A stretch of 17,080 bases of DNA from positions 236,377-253,456 of the forward strand of contig CAZPLO010000001.1 of the NCBI GenBank assembly GCA_964587725.1. The letters are read 5' to 3'. Origin of the DNA: an uncultured archaeon (lineage in GTDB: Archaea; Altiarchaeota; Altiarchaeia; IMC4; SCGC-AAA252-I15). The notes below the pieces were generated by a model. That model did no database searches, was not told the origin of the DNA, and worked only from the letters and a program-made list of their open reading frames with translations. Shown here one piece after another: positions 16,773 through 17,080 of the stretch; the stretch's first letter is position 1, and each line of letters starts with the position of its first letter. A program made the position numbers and the translations under genes.

Positions 16773-16950
16773 GGGCCTGTAGCCTAGCGGATAAGGCGAC
16801 AGCCTTCTAAGAACCGTCACGCCGGTTCACGGGCGAAGCGGGTGCCACAGCCGAGACATTCGTCTCACCTGTGGAACACACTACCAAGCCGCCCGCACAC
16901 TATGGTTCGAAGGAAGCTGTAGATCGTGGGTTCGAATCCCACCAGGCCCG
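16773..16950 (+). tRNA. tRNA-Arg(TCT) with canonical 37/38 intron; exons 16773-16809 and 16915-16950; CCA not encoded
   Basis: Acceptor GGGCCTG/CAGGCCC+G, D-arm GCCT..AGGC, anticodon stem ACAGC/GCTGT with TCT at 16806-16808, T-arm GTGGG-TTCGAAT-CCCAC. Confidence 0.95.
16810..16914 (+). other. 105-nt BHB tRNA intron
   Basis: Strict bulge-helix-bulge: ACAGC-CTTC-TA^A-GAACC pairs with GGTTC-GAAG-GA^A-GCTGT. Confidence 0.92.
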
Positions 16951-16963
16951 AAAACACAGTCTA

Positions 16964-17044
16964 AGATCGTGGGTTCGAACGCCGTCCCCAAAGGGGACGG
17001 CGCGCCAAAACAGCCCCGCTGTTTTGTGCGTCCCACCAGGCCCG
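16964..17044 (+). repeat. Duplicated tRNA-Arg 3' end interrupted by a 51-nt double-hairpin insert
   Basis: AGATCGTGGGTTCGAA (16964-16979) plus TCCCACCAGGCCCG (17031-17044) together equal tRNA 16921-16950 exactly; the insert is 16980-17030. Confidence 0.92.
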
Positions 17045-17080
17045 AATTGTTGAATGTATGTCAGACCAGCTTTATTTATT

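Noticed and set aside
16810-16914. Box C/D guide RNA in the intron
   Set aside because: No RTGATGA or CTGA boxes.
16980-17030. Non-canonical 59/60 BHB intron in a second tRNA or split-tRNA half
   Set aside because: The required central helix (TTCG with TGTG) is poor, and the copy lacks the 3' anticodon strand GCTGT.
16871-17053. 60-aa plus-strand ORF
   Set aside because: It runs across the tRNA intron, the 3' exon and the duplicate; spurious.

Overview
Archaeal chromosomal window: archaeal-type DnaG, deoxyhypusine synthase, a PurP pair, TATA-box promoters and a tRNA with a bulge-helix-bulge (BHB) intron. Almost all genes are on the minus strand: GNAT acetyltransferase, 2[4Fe-4S] ferredoxin, DUF116 protein, cob(I)alamin adenosyltransferase, class II ribonucleotide reductase, NifU-like protein, deoxyhypusine synthase, aspartate dehydrogenase, B12-binding radical SAM enzyme, a Lon-like AAA+ ATPase without a protease domain, DnaG, DUF167, two PurP-family ligases, a DUF2723/TPR membrane protein and small proteins. 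At the right end the plus strand carries a 55-aa C2HC zinc-finger ORF absent from the ORF track and tRNA-Arg(TCT) with a 105-nt intron. The most unusual signals are non-coding. (i) At the tRNA locus the intron looks like a 25-nt intron expanded by a hairpin insertion, and the tRNA 3' end is duplicated 13 nt downstream with a 51-nt double hairpin in its T-loop; both events are at GGTTCGAA. (ii) A dispersed TGTAGTGCCTAAC repeat family flanks the GNAT gene, forms a 24-bp inverted repeat 5.3 kb apart, and clusters next to a fully tiled multi-hairpin element between dys and nadX. No integrase, transposase or CRISPR is visible. All calls were made by eye, without database searches or folding software.
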